Below, one piece after another: positions 56,044 to 64,000 of a stretch of 64,000 nt of DNA. Numbering within the stretch: position 1 is the first letter of the stretch; the number at the start of each line of letters is the position of its first letter. The notes under the pieces were generated by a model. That model made no database searches and was not told the origin of the DNA. It saw only the letters and a list, made by a program, of their open reading frames with translations. This DNA is from Acidimicrobiia bacterium (GTDB lineage Bacteria > Actinomycetota > Acidimicrobiia > IMCC26256 > PALSA-555), in assembly GCA_035763745.1 (NCBI GenBank), contig DASUAO010000054.1:5373-69372 (forward strand). Direction: 5' to 3'. A program made the position numbers and the translations under genes.

Positions 56044-57093
56044 TCACGCGTCGTAGCCGGGCCGGCCAGCGGCTTCCCACTGCTGATAGAAGTCGAAGAA
56101 GGCCTGGCCGAACGGGTCCTCGCCACGCACCGGCATCGAGCCGCGGTGGATGGTCCAGTCCTCCGGAGCGAGCGCCATCGCGCGTCCGAGCGCCTGCTCG
56201 GCGGCATCTGGGGCGTCGGCGCGCAGCAGGTGCATCGCGAGCCGCCGTTCCGCGCGCGCGGCCTGGAGGTCGGCGCTCGGCGGCGCGAGCCGGGCGCGCA
56301 GCTCGTCCTTGCTCATCGGTGCGACCCCGTCGTGCACCCAGGCCCGCAGCGCATCGTGGTGCACGGAGGAGTCGAGCTGGGTGAAGTCCTTGAATCGGTC
56401 GTCGGCGGGGGCGATCGACGGAGGGCGCACGACCACGCCGTCCTCGTCGATCCAGACCGTGGTGGGGACGTTGACGATGCCGTAGCGCTCGGCGACGACG
56501 TGGTCGCGGTCCACGAGCACCGGATACGTCAGGGGGCTCGTGGGCTCGTCGACCGCCCACTGGCGGATCGCGTCGACGTCCTCGTCGAGGGCGACCGCGA
56601 GGATGACGAGCCCCTCACCGAGCTCGGTGGCCAGCTCCTGCCAGACCGGCAGGTCCCATCGGCAACCTCACCACGAGGACCAGGCGAGCAGCATCCGCTT
56701 GCGCCCCGCGTAGTCGTCGAGTGAGATCTCGTGGCCGTCGAGGTCGGGCAGCGTGAACGCCGGTGCCCGGTGGTCGACGAGGGCAGGGTCGAGCGCCTCG
56801 GTGGACTCGCCGAGCACCGCGACCGCAGGGTCGTTCGACATCGCGAACGGTCGCCGCAGTGCTTCGGCGACGCCCCGCAACGAGACGGCTCCGTCGACGT
56901 GGAGCTCGTCAGGGTGGCGGATCTGGACGCAGACGTTGCCCCGGCACAGACCTTCGGGGCGCAGCGTCCAGCCGATGGCGGGCTCGAGCATCGCGGGATC
57001 GAGGAGGACCGTGTCGGTCTCGACGTCGCCGAGGACGTCGACGACGCGGTCGCCGTCGACGACGGTCACGGTCCCGGGAGCCACGAGCCGCAC
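56044..57093 (-). CDS. Thioredoxin-fold (TlpA/ResA/redoxin-like) protein with in-frame TGA at the CxxC position: candidate selenoprotein (W-U-G-C)
   Basis: ORFs 56044..56520 and 56668..57774 share one frame, and the whole stretch between them is open. The only interruption is the TGA at 56670-56668, in the context LLAWSSW-TGA-GCRWDLPVW. High-GC3 coding continues on both sides. The GTG start at 57093 is tentative. Confidence 0.6.
56626..56667 (-). other. Candidate bacterial SECIS hairpin
   Basis: The mRNA reads UGA GGUUGCCGAUGGGA CCUGCC GGUCU GGCAGG AGCUGGCCACC. The 6-bp upper stem closes a GGUCU loop at +24..+28 from the U of UGA. A lower stem, GGU..GCCG pairing with UGGC..ACC, is possible. 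Confidence 0.5.
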
Positions 57094-57108
57094 GCTACTC
57101 CGCCACCC

Positions 57109-57151
57109 CTTGATGCGCCTCTCACCCGCCCTTGGCGGGGTGGGAGACGCA
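57109..57151. repeat. Hairpin repeat element, copy B (inverted orientation)
   Basis: CTTGATGCGCCTCTCACCCGCC-CTT-GGCGGGGTGGGAGACGCA. Its reverse complement aligns with copy A along the full length. Confidence 0.9.
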
Positions 57152-57282
57152 GGGCCATGGGTGCAGGGGGGACGAGGGTCCAGAGGGCGGACCGCGCGTG
57201 ACGACGCACTAGGTTCGCCGCCGATGCAGGCCGGGCGTGTCCACGAGCTCTCGCCGACCGACGACGGGTCCGAGGTCTGACC

Positions 57283-57915
57283 GTGTCCCACAGCCCTCCC
57301 GGTCCCCCGCTCGTCGAGATGCGGGTCCTGTTGGTCCGCCACGGGCAGTCGACGTGGAACGCGGAGGGCCGGTGGCAGGGGTCGGCCGACCCGCCGCTCT
57401 CGGTGCTGGGGGAGCACCAGGCCCGGGCCGCCGGCGCGGCCGTGGAGCACCTCGGCGTGCAGCGTGTCGTCACGTCGGACCTGGAGCGCGCCCGACGCAC
57501 CGGTGAGCTCCTCGGCCCGGACGGGATCCTGATCCAGGTCGACGCGGCGCTCCGTGAGCGCCACGCTGGGGAGTGGGAGGGCCTGACCCGGGCGGAGATC
57601 GAGGCGGGCTACCCCGGCTTCCTCGCCGAGCACCGGAGCCCGCCCGGCTTCGAGGACGACGAGTCGCTGCTCGCGCGGGTGCTCCCCGCGTTGGATGCCC
57701 TGCTCGCCCACCCGGCCGCCGGCGCCACCCTCGTCGTCACCCATGGCGGCGTCATCCGCACGCTCGAGCGACATCTCGGTGCACCGGAGGCCCCCGTCCC
57801 CAACCTGGGGGGTCGGTGGCTGCGGCGCACCGCGAACGCACCGCTCGTCCTCGGGGAGCGCGAGGTGCTCATCGATCCCGACGTCGTCGCGCTCACCGTC
57901 CCCGACCAGCTGTAG
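57283..57915 (+). CDS. Histidine phosphatase family protein
   Basis: VLLVRHGQSTWNAEGRWQG (RHG motif) and VVTHGGVIR. An alternative ATG start lies at 57319. Confidence 0.8.
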   Translation: MSHSPPGPPLVEMRVLLVRHGQSTWNAEGRWQGSADPPLSVLGEHQARAAGAAVEHLGVQRVVTSDLERARRTGELLGPDGILIQVDAALRERHAGEWEGLTRAEIEAGYPGFLAEHRSPPGFEDDESLLARVLPALDALLAHPAAGATLVVTHGGVIRTLERHLGAPEAPVPNLGGRWLRRTANAPLVLGEREVLIDPDVVALTVPDQL

Positions 57916-57934
57916 ACGCCCGAGATCTCGGACG

Positions 57935-57977
57935 TGCGTTGCTCACCCCGCCATGGGCAGGTGAGCAACGCATCATC
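57935..57977. repeat. Hairpin repeat element, copy C
   Basis: TGCGTTGCTCACCCCGCC-ATG-GGCAGGTGAGCAACGCATCATC. Paired substitutions relative to copy A keep the stem intact. Confidence 0.9.
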
Positions 57978-58006
57978 GGGCCCCGGGCGGTGCGGCGACG
58001 CGCGTC

Positions 58007-60295
58007 TTGTACGATGGTCGGTCCCCCACGCAGCATCGGAGCCGCGCGTTGTCCGTCCGGGATCCCGAGATCGTCGCCGAACAGGCCTACGTCGACGCGG
58101 CCTACGAGCAGCTCGACGTCATGCGCACCGCCGCCCGGCGGATCGCCGCCGGGTACTCCGAGGTCGGTCGCGGCGGCACCCACCAGGCCCGGCTCGAGCG
58201 CGACGTCGCCGAGGACGCCACCCGCCGCCGGCTCGCCGCCCTCGACGTGGGGGACCTCCCGCTCTGCTTCGGCCGCCTCGACCGCACCGACGACGCCACC
58301 CACTACGTCGGGCGGATCTCGGTCACCGGCCCTGAGGCGACGCCCCTCGTCGTCGACTGGCGAGCTCCCGTCGCCGAGCCGTTCTACCGGGCGACGGCGG
58401 TCGAGCCCATGGGCGTGGTGCGCCGCCGCCACTTCCTGACCCGCCCGAACGAGGGCCGCACCATCGTCGGACTCGACGACGAGGTCTTCGACGCCGATCG
58501 CGCAGACGCCGCCGGGCTCTCGGTGATGGGCGAGGGCGCGCTCCTGTCGGCGCTGGAGCGGGCCCGCACCGGACGCATGGGCGACATCGTCGCGACGATC
58601 CAGGCGGAGCAGGACGAAGCCATCCGGGCCCCGTTGCCCGGGGTCCTGATCGTGACGGGGGGCGCCGGCACCGGGAAGACCGCCGTCGCGCTGCACCGGG
58701 CCGCGTACCTCCTCTACACCCACCGGAGCCGCCTCGGGTCCCAGGGCGTGCTCCTCATCGGCCCGAACTCGATCTTCCTGCGCTACATCGACCAGGTGCT
58801 CCCGTCGCTCGGGGAGAACGAGGTCCGCCTCGCGACCCCCGCCAGCCTGAAGCCCCGGTACCGCGTGGGTGCGACCGACACGCCCGACGCGGCCCGCGTG
58901 AAGGGCGACCTACGGATGGTCGACGTCATCGCCGGGGCGCTGCGCGACCGGGAGCACCCGCTCCCACGCGACGCGGTGATGGTCCTCGACGACACCGTGC
59001 TCCGGCTCAGTCGCGGCGCCACGGCCCGGATCATCGACCGCGTGCGTGCGCAGCGTGGACTGCACAACGAGAAGCGTCCGAGGGTGGTCCGCGCGGTCGT
59101 CGAGCACCTCCGCTTCCAGTACCGCACCGCGCTGGGCGCAACCGCGCCCGACGACCGCGACTGGGAGCGCGAGCTGGACTCCCGCATCCGGCGCCTCCCC
59201 GAGGTCCGGGCCGCGCTCGAGCGGATGTGGCCGGTGCTGACGGGTGCCGACCTCGTCCACGACCTGTTCTCGTTCCGGGGGTTGGTGCGTTCGGCGTCCC
59301 GTGACCTCCTCGCCGACGACGAGCAGGAGCAGCTGGTGCGACCTCGGTCGCCGAGCCTCCGCGAGGTCGCGTGGACCGAGGCCGACCTCGCGCTCGTCGA
59401 CGAAGCCGACACCCTCGTCGGCCCACCCGAGTCGGCGAAGCCCCGTCGGTCGCGTGCGCGCCGGTCGTCGTCCGACGAGACCGCTGATCGCGTCGTCGCC
59501 AACCTCGGCGTGGGCGGGTTCATGACCGCGGGCGAGGTCGCACGCCGCTACGCCGCGGCCCCGTCGAGCAACGGAGGTGGCGACGAGCCCGGCACGTACG
59601 GTCACGTCCTGGTCGACGAGGCCCAGGACCTCTCACCGATGCAGTGGCGCATGCTCTCGCGCCGGTGCCCGTCGGGGTCGATGACGGTCGTCGGCGATTT
59701 CGGCCAGGCGAGCAAGGCCGGCTCCGCGCGCGGCTGGGACGACGTCGCGAGCATCATCGACGCGCCCCAGGCGCCCCGGATGGTCAACCTCAGCGTCAAC
59801 TACCGCACGCCGGCGGAGATCATGGACGTCGCCCATCGCGTGCTCGCGGCTGCCGCTCCCGGGATCGAGCCGACACGGGCGGTGCGCCACACCGGAGTGC
59901 ACCCGCGGTTCGAGTCGGTTCCGGCCGACCTCCTCGTCGACCGGGTGGCCGACGCAGCCCGGGATGCGGCTGCGGCCGAAGGGACGAGCGCCGTGGTCGC
60001 CCCTGCGGGTCTCCACGAGGCGATCGTCGATGCGCTCGCCGACATCGGCGCGGTCGCGGGTTCAGCCGACGCACTCGACGCGCCGGTCGCCGTGCTGGGT
60101 GCTTCGGAGGCCAAGGGCCTGGAGTTCGACACTGTCGTCGTGGTCGAACCTGCGGACCTCGTGCCCGCCGACGTGAACGGTCTGCGGTTGCTCTATGTCG
60201 TGTTGACCCGGGCGACGAAGTCGCTGGTGGTCGTGCACTCGGAGCCGCTCCCCGAGTCGTTGGCGATCTCGAGCGTCGTAGGCTCGCCGTCATGA
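58007..60295 (+). CDS. helD: HelD-type (helicase IV-like) UvrD-family ATPase, RNA polymerase-associated
   Basis: N-terminal coiled region (EQAYVDAAYEQLDVMR), Walker A GGAGTGKTAVAL, VLVDEAQDLSPMQW, and C-terminal KGLEFDTVVVVEP and LYVVLTRATKSLVV. The start (TTG 58007 or 58049) is uncertain. Confidence 0.75.
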   Translation: MYDGRSPTQHRSRALSVRDPEIVAEQAYVDAAYEQLDVMRTAARRIAAGYSEVGRGGTHQARLERDVAEDATRRRLAALDVGDLPLCFGRLDRTDDATHYVGRISVTGPEATPLVVDWRAPVAEPFYRATAVEPMGVVRRRHFLTRPNEGRTIVGLDDEVFDADRADAAGLSVMGEGALLSALERARTGRMGDIVATIQAEQDEAIRAPLPGVLIVTGGAGTGKTAVALHRAAYLLYTHRSRLGSQGVLLIGPNSIFLRYIDQVLPSLGENEVRLATPASLKPRYRVGATDTPDAARVKGDLRMVDVIAGALRDREHPLPRDAVMVLDDTVLRLSRGATARIIDRVRAQRGLHNEKRPRVVRAVVEHLRFQYRTALGATAPDDRDWERELDSRIRRLPEVRAALERMWPVLTGADLVHDLFSFRGLVRSASRDLLADDEQEQLVRPRSPSLREVAWTEADLALVDEADTLVGPPESAKPRRSRARRSSSDETADRVVANLGVGGFMTAGEVARRYAAAPSSNGGGDEPGTYGHVLVDEAQDLSPMQWRMLSRRCPSGSMTVVGDFGQASKAGSARGWDDVASIIDAPQAPRMVNLSVNYRTPAEIMDVAHRVLAAAAPGIEPTRAVRHTGVHPRFESVPADLLVDRVADAARDAAAAEGTSAVVAPAGLHEAIVDALADIGAVAGSADALDAPVAVLGASEAKGLEFDTVVVVEPADLVPADVNGLRLLYVVLTRATKSLVVVHSEPLPESLAISSVVGSPS

Positions 60296-62121
60296 CGACC
60301 TCCGCCACGTCGACTTCCCCTGCTCCCTCCGATCCCGACCTCACGGCGGCCGACGTCGCGTGGGACATCGAGCCGCTCGTCGACGGGAAGGGCGCCGACG
60401 GGGTGGATGCGTTGCTCGACGAGGCCGCGAGGCGTGTGGAAGCGGTGGCGGACTCCGCGCGCGGTCGGATCGCCGACCTCGACGCCGAAGCACTCGCGCA
60501 GCTCATGCGCGAGGTCGGTCACATCAGCGAGCTCATCGGCCGGGCCGGCTCGTACGCCGGCCTCTGGTTCTCCACCGACACGACCGACGCGCAGCGGGGG
60601 GCGCTGCTCGCCCGGACCGAGGAGCGGGCGACGGCGATCTCCAACGAGCTCCTGTTCGTCGAGCTCGAGTGGGCCGCGCTCGACGACGACCATGTCGCCA
60701 CCGTCCTCGCCGACGAGCAGCTCGAGTTCTGCCGGCACCACCTGGCGTCGGCCCGTCGGTACCGGTCGCACCTGCTCTCCGAGCCGGAGGAGCGGATCCT
60801 CGCGGAGAAGGCCGTCACCGGCAGCAGCGCCTGGGCCCGCCTCTTCAGCGAGCTCACGTCCGCGATCGACGTCGCCGTCGGTGGGGAGACGGTGAGCCTG
60901 GAGGAGGGGCTGTCGCGGCTCCAGTCACCCGACCGCGATCTCCGCCGCGATGCGGCCGAGGCGGTCACCGACGCACTCGAACCCGGGCTGCGGACGCGTG
61001 CCTACGTCTTCAACACCTTGCTCGCCGACAAGTCCAGCGACGACCGGCTCCGGGAGTACGACGGATGGCTCGCCAGCCGCAACCTCGACAACGAGGCGAG
61101 CGACGAGTCGGTGCAGGCGCTCGTCGACGCCGTGGTCGCCCGCTACGACATCCCGCAGCGGTGGTACCGGCTCAAGGCCGCGCTCCTCGGGGTCGAGCAG
61201 ATCGCCGACTACGACCGCATGGCGTCGGTCGCCGACGTCGAGGAGACGTTCGCCTGGTCCGACGCCAGCGCCCTCGTGCTCGACGCGTACGGCTCGTTCT
61301 CACCGGAGCTCGCCGACATCGCCCGCCGGTTCATCGACGAGGGGTGGATCGACGCGCCGATGCGTCCCGGGAAGCGCCCCGGTGCGTTCTGCGCGTACAC
61401 GGTGCCGTCGCTGCACCCCTACGTCCTGTTGAACTGGACGGCCCGCCGCCGCGACGTGCTCACGCTCGCCCACGAGCTCGGCCACGGCATGCACGCGTAC
61501 CTGGCCCGCGACCAAGGGGTCTTCCACCAGTCGACACCGCTCACCCTGGCGGAGACCGCGTCGGTGTTCGGCGAGACGGTCACGTTCGGGCGTCTCCTGG
61601 AGGCCACCACCGACCCCGCTGCCCGGCTCGCGCTCCTGGCCGAGAGCCTGGAGGGCCAGATCGCCACGGTGTTCCGGCAGATCGCGATGAACCGCTTCGA
61701 GGACGCGGTGCACACCGACCGCCGTGAGCAGGGTGAGCTGTCCGTCGACCGGTTCGCCGAGCTCTGGATCGAGTCGCAGAACGCCATGCTCGGCGACGCC
61801 GTCCACCTCACCGAGGGCTACCGCACGTGGTGGTCCTACATCCCGCACTTCATCGCGACACCCGGGTACGTCTACGCGTACGCCTACGGGCAGCTGCTCG
61901 CGCTCTCGGTGTACCGCCGGTACGAGGAGCAGGGGGCCGACTTCGTCCCCTCCTACCTCGAGCTGCTGGCTCGTGGGGGTTCGGCGTCGCCCGAGGAGCT
62001 CGGCGCCGTCGTCGGCGTCGACCTCGGGGATCCCGGGTTCTGGACTGGCGGGCTCACCATCGTCGACGAGCAGCTCGCTGCTGCCGAGCAGGCCGCGCGC
62101 GACGCCGGCCGCCTCACCTGA
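60292..62121 (+). CDS. pepF: M3 family oligoendopeptidase (PepF-like)
   Basis: The ATG overlaps the helD stop (ATGA). Zinc motif HELGHGMH. Confidence 0.85.
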   Translation: MTTSATSTSPAPSDPDLTAADVAWDIEPLVDGKGADGVDALLDEAARRVEAVADSARGRIADLDAEALAQLMREVGHISELIGRAGSYAGLWFSTDTTDAQRGALLARTEERATAISNELLFVELEWAALDDDHVATVLADEQLEFCRHHLASARRYRSHLLSEPEERILAEKAVTGSSAWARLFSELTSAIDVAVGGETVSLEEGLSRLQSPDRDLRRDAAEAVTDALEPGLRTRAYVFNTLLADKSSDDRLREYDGWLASRNLDNEASDESVQALVDAVVARYDIPQRWYRLKAALLGVEQIADYDRMASVADVEETFAWSDASALVLDAYGSFSPELADIARRFIDEGWIDAPMRPGKRPGAFCAYTVPSLHPYVLLNWTARRRDVLTLAHELGHGMHAYLARDQGVFHQSTPLTLAETASVFGETVTFGRLLEATTDPAARLALLAESLEGQIATVFRQIAMNRFEDAVHTDRREQGELSVDRFAELWIESQNAMLGDAVHLTEGYRTWWSYIPHFIATPGYVYAYAYGQLLALSVYRRYEEQGADFVPSYLELLARGGSASPEELGAVVGVDLGDPGFWTGGLTIVDEQLAAAEQAARDAGRLT

Positions 62122-62134
62122 GCGACCAAGTCGA

Positions 62135-63823
62135 TCAGATCCGTGCCAGCTCGTCCTCGAGCTGGTCGAGGCCCATCGACCCGAGCTCGAGCGCGCGACG
62201 GTGGAACGACTTGAGGTCGAAGGAGTCGCCGACGCGGGCCCGAGCGGCGTCCCGCGCGCGGAGCCACACCCGCTCACCGACCTTGTAGCTGATGGCCTGT
62301 CCGGGGAGCCCGAGGTAGCGGTCGACCTCGCTCGCCATGAAGTCCTCGGGGAAGTGGCTGCGACCGATCACGAACGGCAGCGCGAGCTCGGGGGTCCAGG
62401 TCTCGCCGCCGTGCTCGGGCTCCGAGTGCGGGATCGGGAGCGAGAGGTGCAACCCGATGTCGACGACGACGCGCACGGCTCGCATCGCCTGGGCCCGGAG
62501 CATCCCGAGCTCGTACGCCGGGTCCTCGAGGAAGCCGAGCTCGCCCATGAGCCGCTCGGCGTAGAGCGCCCACCCTTCGCCGTGGCCCGAGTTCCAGCCG
62601 ATCGTCCGTTGGAAGCGGTTGAGGCGGTCGCGCTGCGTGCGCACGGTCGCGACCTGGAGGTGATGTCCCGGGACGGCCTCGTGGTAGCAGATCGAGACCT
62701 CGCCCCAGAGCGGGAACGTCGTCCGGCCGAGCGTCGGGTACCACGTGCGACCCGGGCGGCTCAGGTCCTCCGACGGGCCGGTGTAGTACATCGCGGCGGC
62801 ACCGCCCGGCGGTGCGATCATGGCCTCGCAGCGGCGGATCTCGGGGGGGATGTCGAAGTGCACGCCGTCGAGCGCGTCGGTCGTGCGGTCGATCAGGTCC
62901 TGGAGCCAGCCGAGGAGCGCGTCCTCTCCCTCGACGGTCCGGGACGAGTCGAGCTCGAGGTGCTCGATGACCGCGCCCACCGGCTCGCCGGGCACGATCC
63001 GTTCGCCCACCGCGGCCATCGCCGCCTCGATCCGGTACAGCTCCTCCCACCCCCACTCGTACGTCTCCTCGAGGTCGAGCACCGTCCCCGTGAACGCGCG
63101 GGCCCACCGCCGGTACCGCTCGGGGCCGACGCCATCGGGCGCGTCGGTACCGGGGAGGTACTCGTCGACGAGGAACCGCCCGAGGGCCACGTAGGCGTCG
63201 GTCGCGCGTGCGGCCGCCTGCTCGAGGTCCGACCGGAGGGCCGGTTCATCGACGCCGGCCCCGGCCATCTCCTCGACGAGCCCCGCGAAGTACGGGATGG
63301 TCCCCGGTGTCGATCCGGCAAACGTTTCCGCCTGGCGGGCACACGCGAAGGCCTGGCGACCGGCGGCGGTGACCCCCCGTCGCATCCCCTCGCGCAAGGA
63401 GGCGACGAGCCCGTCGAGGGCCGCGGGGACGGCGCCCACCCGGGCGGCGATCTGCGCCCAGTCCGCCGCGGTGGCGCGCTCCATGAGGTCGAAGCACATG
63501 ACGATGCTCGTGACCGGGCTGGCGATGACCCGAAGGGGTCGGAGGTCCTCGTCGGCGTCGGCGAGATCGAGCGCGGTGTCGAGGTGGCGCTCGAGCGCGA
63601 CGGCGCCGATCCGCTCGGCGTCGGTCTGTGGGTGCGCGGTCGCCAGCTCGGCACGGGTCGCGCGGTCGTGCGTGATCCGCGCCGCGATCCCGTCCGGTGA
63701 GTAGTCGGTGAGCTCGGTCTCGTGGCCCGGTACCCCTTCGAACGTTGCGGCCACGGGATCGAGCGCGGCGACGGTGTCGACGTAGCGGTCAGCGAGGCCG
63801 GCGACGGTCATGGGAGTCGACAT
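62135..63823 (-). CDS. DUF885 family protein
   Basis: Contains HEAVPGHHLQ and GEGWALYAE, characteristic of DUF885. The ATG at 63823 was chosen as the start. Confidence 0.75.
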   Translation of the reverse strand: MSTPMTVAGLADRYVDTVAALDPVAATFEGVPGHETELTDYSPDGIAARITHDRATRAELATAHPQTDAERIGAVALERHLDTALDLADADEDLRPLRVIASPVTSIVMCFDLMERATAADWAQIAARVGAVPAALDGLVASLREGMRRGVTAAGRQAFACARQAETFAGSTPGTIPYFAGLVEEMAGAGVDEPALRSDLEQAAARATDAYVALGRFLVDEYLPGTDAPDGVGPERYRRWARAFTGTVLDLEETYEWGWEELYRIEAAMAAVGERIVPGEPVGAVIEHLELDSSRTVEGEDALLGWLQDLIDRTTDALDGVHFDIPPEIRRCEAMIAPPGGAAAMYYTGPSEDLSRPGRTWYPTLGRTTFPLWGEVSICYHEAVPGHHLQVATVRTQRDRLNRFQRTIGWNSGHGEGWALYAERLMGELGFLEDPAYELGMLRAQAMRAVRVVVDIGLHLSLPIPHSEPEHGGETWTPELALPFVIGRSHFPEDFMASEVDRYLGLPGQAISYKVGERVWLRARDAARARVGDSFDLKSFHRRALELGSMGLDQLEDELARI

Positions 63824-63905
63824 GGCGACGCAACGTAGCCGCATCCGACGCGAGACGGGCCAGCCCGGATGGGCGCCGCCAACGGCGGCGTGCCACGATC
63901 GCGAC

Positions 63906-64000
63906 ATGACCGAGCTCGCGGACGCCCATGTGCTCGTCACGGGCGGGTCGGCCGGGATCGGCCTGGCGACGGCGCGTCTCGCGCTCGATCGCGGTGCTCG
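63906..64000 (+). CDS. SDR family oxidoreductase, N-terminal fragment (continues beyond the window)
   Basis: MTELADAHVLVTGGSAGIGLATARLALDRGA. Confidence 0.6.
   Translation, partial: MTELADAHVLVTGGSAGIGLATARLALDRGA

Noticed and set aside
56044-57774. Treating 56044..56520 and 56668..57774 as two independent genes, or the TGA as a plain pseudogene lesion
   Set aside because: Both pieces are in one frame, and the sequence between them is open and encodes the rest of the Trx fold. The upstream part of ORF 56668..57774 beyond 57093 crosses hairpin repeat B and runs antisense to the histidine phosphatase gene. A recent nonsense mutation cannot be excluded without genome context and is listed as the refuting scenario.
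57916-58006. Rifamycin-associated element upstream of the HelD-like gene
   Set aside because: The only inverted repeat present is copy C of the local hairpin repeat family, which also occurs at unrelated loci. It does not resemble the element as I remember it.

Overview
This is a very GC-rich (roughly 70%) window, densely coding, with the conserved housekeeping backbone typical of Actinomycetota. The lineage call is an inference from gene order only. In order, the window carries:
- ribF-rpsO-pnp-pepR-dapB.
- A Liv-type ABC importer with an embedded acyl-CoA ligase.
- Two TetR regulators and a diiron oxygenase.
- A GAF-GGDEF cyclase, RNase J, and ftsK-rimO-pgsA-cinA-thpR.
- recA, then miaB-miaA-dapF-hflX-dapC-dapD.
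- lexA, a ChiZ-like LysM gene, and nrdR-nrdJ.
- An accessory-looking tail: CPA2 antiporter, NMO, acyl-CoA synthetase, SDRs, a DegT aminotransferase, PAP2, PIG-L, ADH, SMP-30, HelD, PepF and DUF885.

No rRNA, tRNA, CRISPR array or transposase was recognised. Most long ORFs in the six-frame track are antisense or overlapping artefacts of the GC bias.

The observations most worth a second look:
1. A thioredoxin-fold gene (56044-57093, minus) is intact except for one in-frame TGA. The TGA sits exactly where the first Cys of the CxxC motif belongs (W-U-G-C). A hairpin with a GGUCU apical loop follows at SECIS-like distance, so this is a candidate selenoprotein.
2. A 442-aa LAGLIDADG intein splits the class II ribonucleotide reductase.
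3. A family of about 43-nt hairpin repeats occurs three times between 53.9 and 58.0 kb, with compensatory stem changes.
4. Five LexA-type boxes lie within about 415 bp around lexA. A tight triple array flanks an unannotated, strongly coding-like small ORF and the ChiZ-like gene.
5. A second small ORF, divergent from recA, carries a 15-bp x3 tandem repeat.
6. PNPase has a roughly 115-aa Arg/Gly/Asp repeat tail.

All calls come from reading motifs in the supplied translations and the DNA. No database search was possible.
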